Assembly (NCBI GenBank): GCA_030951025.1
Contig: JAUZQK010000064.1
Span: 8 to 24,007 of the forward strand
From: Mariprofundus sp.
Lineage (GTDB): Bacteria; Pseudomonadota; Zetaproteobacteria; Mariprofundales; Mariprofundaceae
Reading direction: 5' to 3'
DNA: 24,000 nt
Below are positions 22,093 to 24,000 of the stretch, piece after piece. The notes under the pieces were generated by a model, which searched no databases, was not told the DNA's origin, and was given only the letters and a program-made list of their open reading frames with translations. Every line of letters starts with the position of its first letter. Within the stretch, counting starts at the first letter, position 1. The position numbers were made by a program, and so were the translations under genes.

Positions 22093-24000
22093 TTAACCGT
22101 TGAGAGATTCCTGTTTGCTTTCGATGGTTTCCCAACGCGCATAAGTGGTTTCTAGCTGCGTTTCTAATTCACTTAAACGTGACTGATCCCGTTTAAAAGC
22201 CTCCGCATTCAGGGTGAAATAATCAGGCTCACAAAAACGTGTTTCAATGGCTGCCTTTTCTGTTTCCATTGCTTCGATTTCGCCAGGCAGGTTTTCCAAT
22301 TCGCATTGCTCTTTGTAACTGAGCTTGATCTGTTTCCGGACTGGCTTTTCGGCAACAATAGACTTTGGAGCTTTGATGATCTGCTGCTCTAACGCAGCCG
22401 CTTCCAAACGCCGTGTTTTCCAAGCTAAATAATCAGAGTACCCGCCTTCGATGGGGATAATTTGACCACCGCCTTCAAAAGCCAGCACGCGGGAAGCCAC
22501 CCGATCCATAAAGGCGCGGTCATGCGATACAACAATCACCGTTCCATCATACTTGGCCAGCGCCTGTTCCAGCACAGTCAGCGTACCGATATCCAGATCA
22601 TTGGTCGGCTCATCGAGCACCAATAAGTTCGCAGGCTCCAATAGCAGCCTGGCCAACATCAAGCGACCACGTTCACCGCCGGAGAGCGCCTTCACCGGCG
22701 TATTCATGCGCTCTTTGTCAAACAGAAAGTCCTGCATATACGAAACAATGTGGCGCGGCTCATGACCGCCCAGATGCACATAGTTGCCGCCTTGCGGTAA
22801 CAGCACCTCTTTCAGCTTTAGTTTTTCATCAAGCTCCCGCATCTGGGTAAGAAAGGCCGGAGCCAGACGCACACCGTGGCGCACCCTGCCTGCATCCGCT
22901 TGCATCTCACCGAGCATCATCTTCAGCAGCGTCGTCTTACCGATTCCGTTAGCTCCAACAAAGCCGACACGATCACCGGACATGATTTTATGACTAAATG
23001 CCTTGCAGATCACCGTATCACCAAAGCTGTGTGTGAGCTCCACGGTTTCAATCAGCATCTTGCCGACCTTCACACCGGATGAAACGCGCAGCTCCACATC
23101 ATTGCTGCGCAGCCGCCTGGCAGCACGCTGTCTACGCAGTTCCTCTAAGCCGCGCACACGCCCTTCATTGCGAGTCCGACGAGCCGGTATACCCTGTCTG
23201 ATCCAGCGCTCTTCACCCGCCAGCATTTGATCAAACTTGCGATGCTGGCTCGCTTCCACCGCCAGCATCTCAGCCTTTTTCTCCAAGTACTCGGCATAGG
23301 AATACGGGAAATGGGTCAAATGCCCACGATCCAGTTCAATGATTTCTTCAGCCACGGCATCTAAAAAATAACGATCATGGGTAATAAATATGACCGAACC
23401 CCGAAATGCTGCAACAAAATCTTCCAGCCATTCAATCGATTCAATATCAAGATGATTGGTGGGCTCATCGAGCAACAACACATCCGGCTCGGACACCACC
23501 GCGCGCGCCACCGAAACCCTGCGCAACCAGCCACCGGATAATTCACCGACATCACGATCCGGATCCAGGTTCAACTTGGAAATAGCAGTTTCAATACGGT
23601 TATGAAACTGCCATGCGCCGCTACGTTCCAGCTCGGCCTGTAGCTCATCAATCTGTTTCAACACCCGCTCAGAGCAATCGGTCTCCAGAGACTGCAAGGC
23701 ATGGTGATAATCTTCCAGGGTTTGCGCCACGCTGCCCAAACCCTCTGCCACCACATGAAACACCGTTTGACCGGCATCAAAGTGCGGCGCTTGCGGCAGA
23801 TAGGCTACCCTGATTCCGCTGCGCAGCGTCACCTGACCGGCATCACATTCCAACTCACCCGACATGATTTTCAATAGCGTCGATTTACCCTCGCCATTGC
23901 GGCCAATCAACCCGATGCGCACCCCGCGCCCTACACTCAGGCAGACAGCATCGAGCAACACCTGTGGCCCATAGGATTTATCAATGTGGTTTAAGGTCAT
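22093..24000 (-). CDS. uup: ABC-F family ATPase (Uup type); start may lie at or beyond the window edge
   Basis: Two ABC domains: LIGRNGEGKSTLLKIMSG ... GELSGGWLRRVSVARAVVSEPDVLLLDEPTNHLD and FVGANGIGKTTLLKMMLG ... KALSGGERGRLMLARLLLEPANLLVLDEPTNDLD, plus C-terminal charged/coiled-coil extension. Confidence 0.9.
   Translation of the reverse strand: MTLNHIDKSYGPQVLLDAVCLSVGRGVRIGLIGRNGEGKSTLLKIMSGELECDAGQVTLRSGIRVAYLPQAPHFDAGQTVFHVVAEGLGSVAQTLEDYHHALQSLETDCSERVLKQIDELQAELERSGAWQFHNRIETAISKLNLDPDRDVGELSGGWLRRVSVARAVVSEPDVLLLDEPTNHLDIESIEWLEDFVAAFRGSVIFITHDRYFLDAVAEEIIELDRGHLTHFPYSYAEYLEKKAEMLAVEASQHRKFDQMLAGEERWIRQGIPARRTRNEGRVRGLEELRRQRAARRLRSNDVELRVSSGVKVGKMLIETVELTHSFGDTVICKAFSHKIMSGDRVGFVGANGIGKTTLLKMMLGEMQADAGRVRHGVRLAPAFLTQMRELDEKLKLKEVLLPQGGNYVHLGGHEPRHIVSYMQDFLFDKERMNTPVKALSGGERGRLMLARLLLEPANLLVLDEPTNDLDIGTLTVLEQALAKYDGTVIVVSHDRAFMDRVASRVLAFEGGGQIIPIEGGYSDYLAWKTRRLEAAALEQQIIKAPKSIVAEKPVRKQIKLSYKEQCELENLPGEIEAMETEKAAIETRFCEPDYFTLNAEAFKRDQSRLSELETQLETTYARWETIESKQESLNG

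Noticed and set aside
1-24000. CRISPR array or retron/DGR-type repeat structures
   Set aside because: No regularly spaced direct repeats and no reverse transcriptase ORF were seen anywhere in the window.

Overview
This 24 kb window is bacterial, probably proteobacterial, and essentially every credible gene lies on the minus strand. The left part is mostly housekeeping: a multi-PAS hybrid histidine kinase overlapping an alpha/beta hydrolase, thiI, tRNA-Asp(GTC), tRNA-Val(TAC), hupB, lon, clpX, clpP, tig, tRNA-Leu(TAG) and a CBS-pair protein. Next comes a regulator that joins a LexA-type HTH to a UmuD-like peptidase, with a perfect 16-bp palindrome in its apparent promoter spacer. The right edge holds an ABC-F ATPase (Uup type). 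Between the LexA-like regulator and uup is a compact six-gene cassette (about 14318-22017, transcribed right to left): a 115-aa unknown, a 126-aa unknown, a 551-aa peptidoglycan-binding-like/hydrophobic protein, a PG_binding + Amidase_2 protein, a PG_binding + EVE + membrane-inserted KAP P-loop NTPase, and a PhoD-like metallophosphatase without a visible signal peptide. Translational coupling, the repeated PG-binding-like module, the EVE-KAP fusion and an endolysin-like hydrolase make this the best candidate for an undescribed conflict or defence system. A G7 tract at the KAP/PhoD junction would give an in-frame KAP-PhoD fusion if one G were lost.
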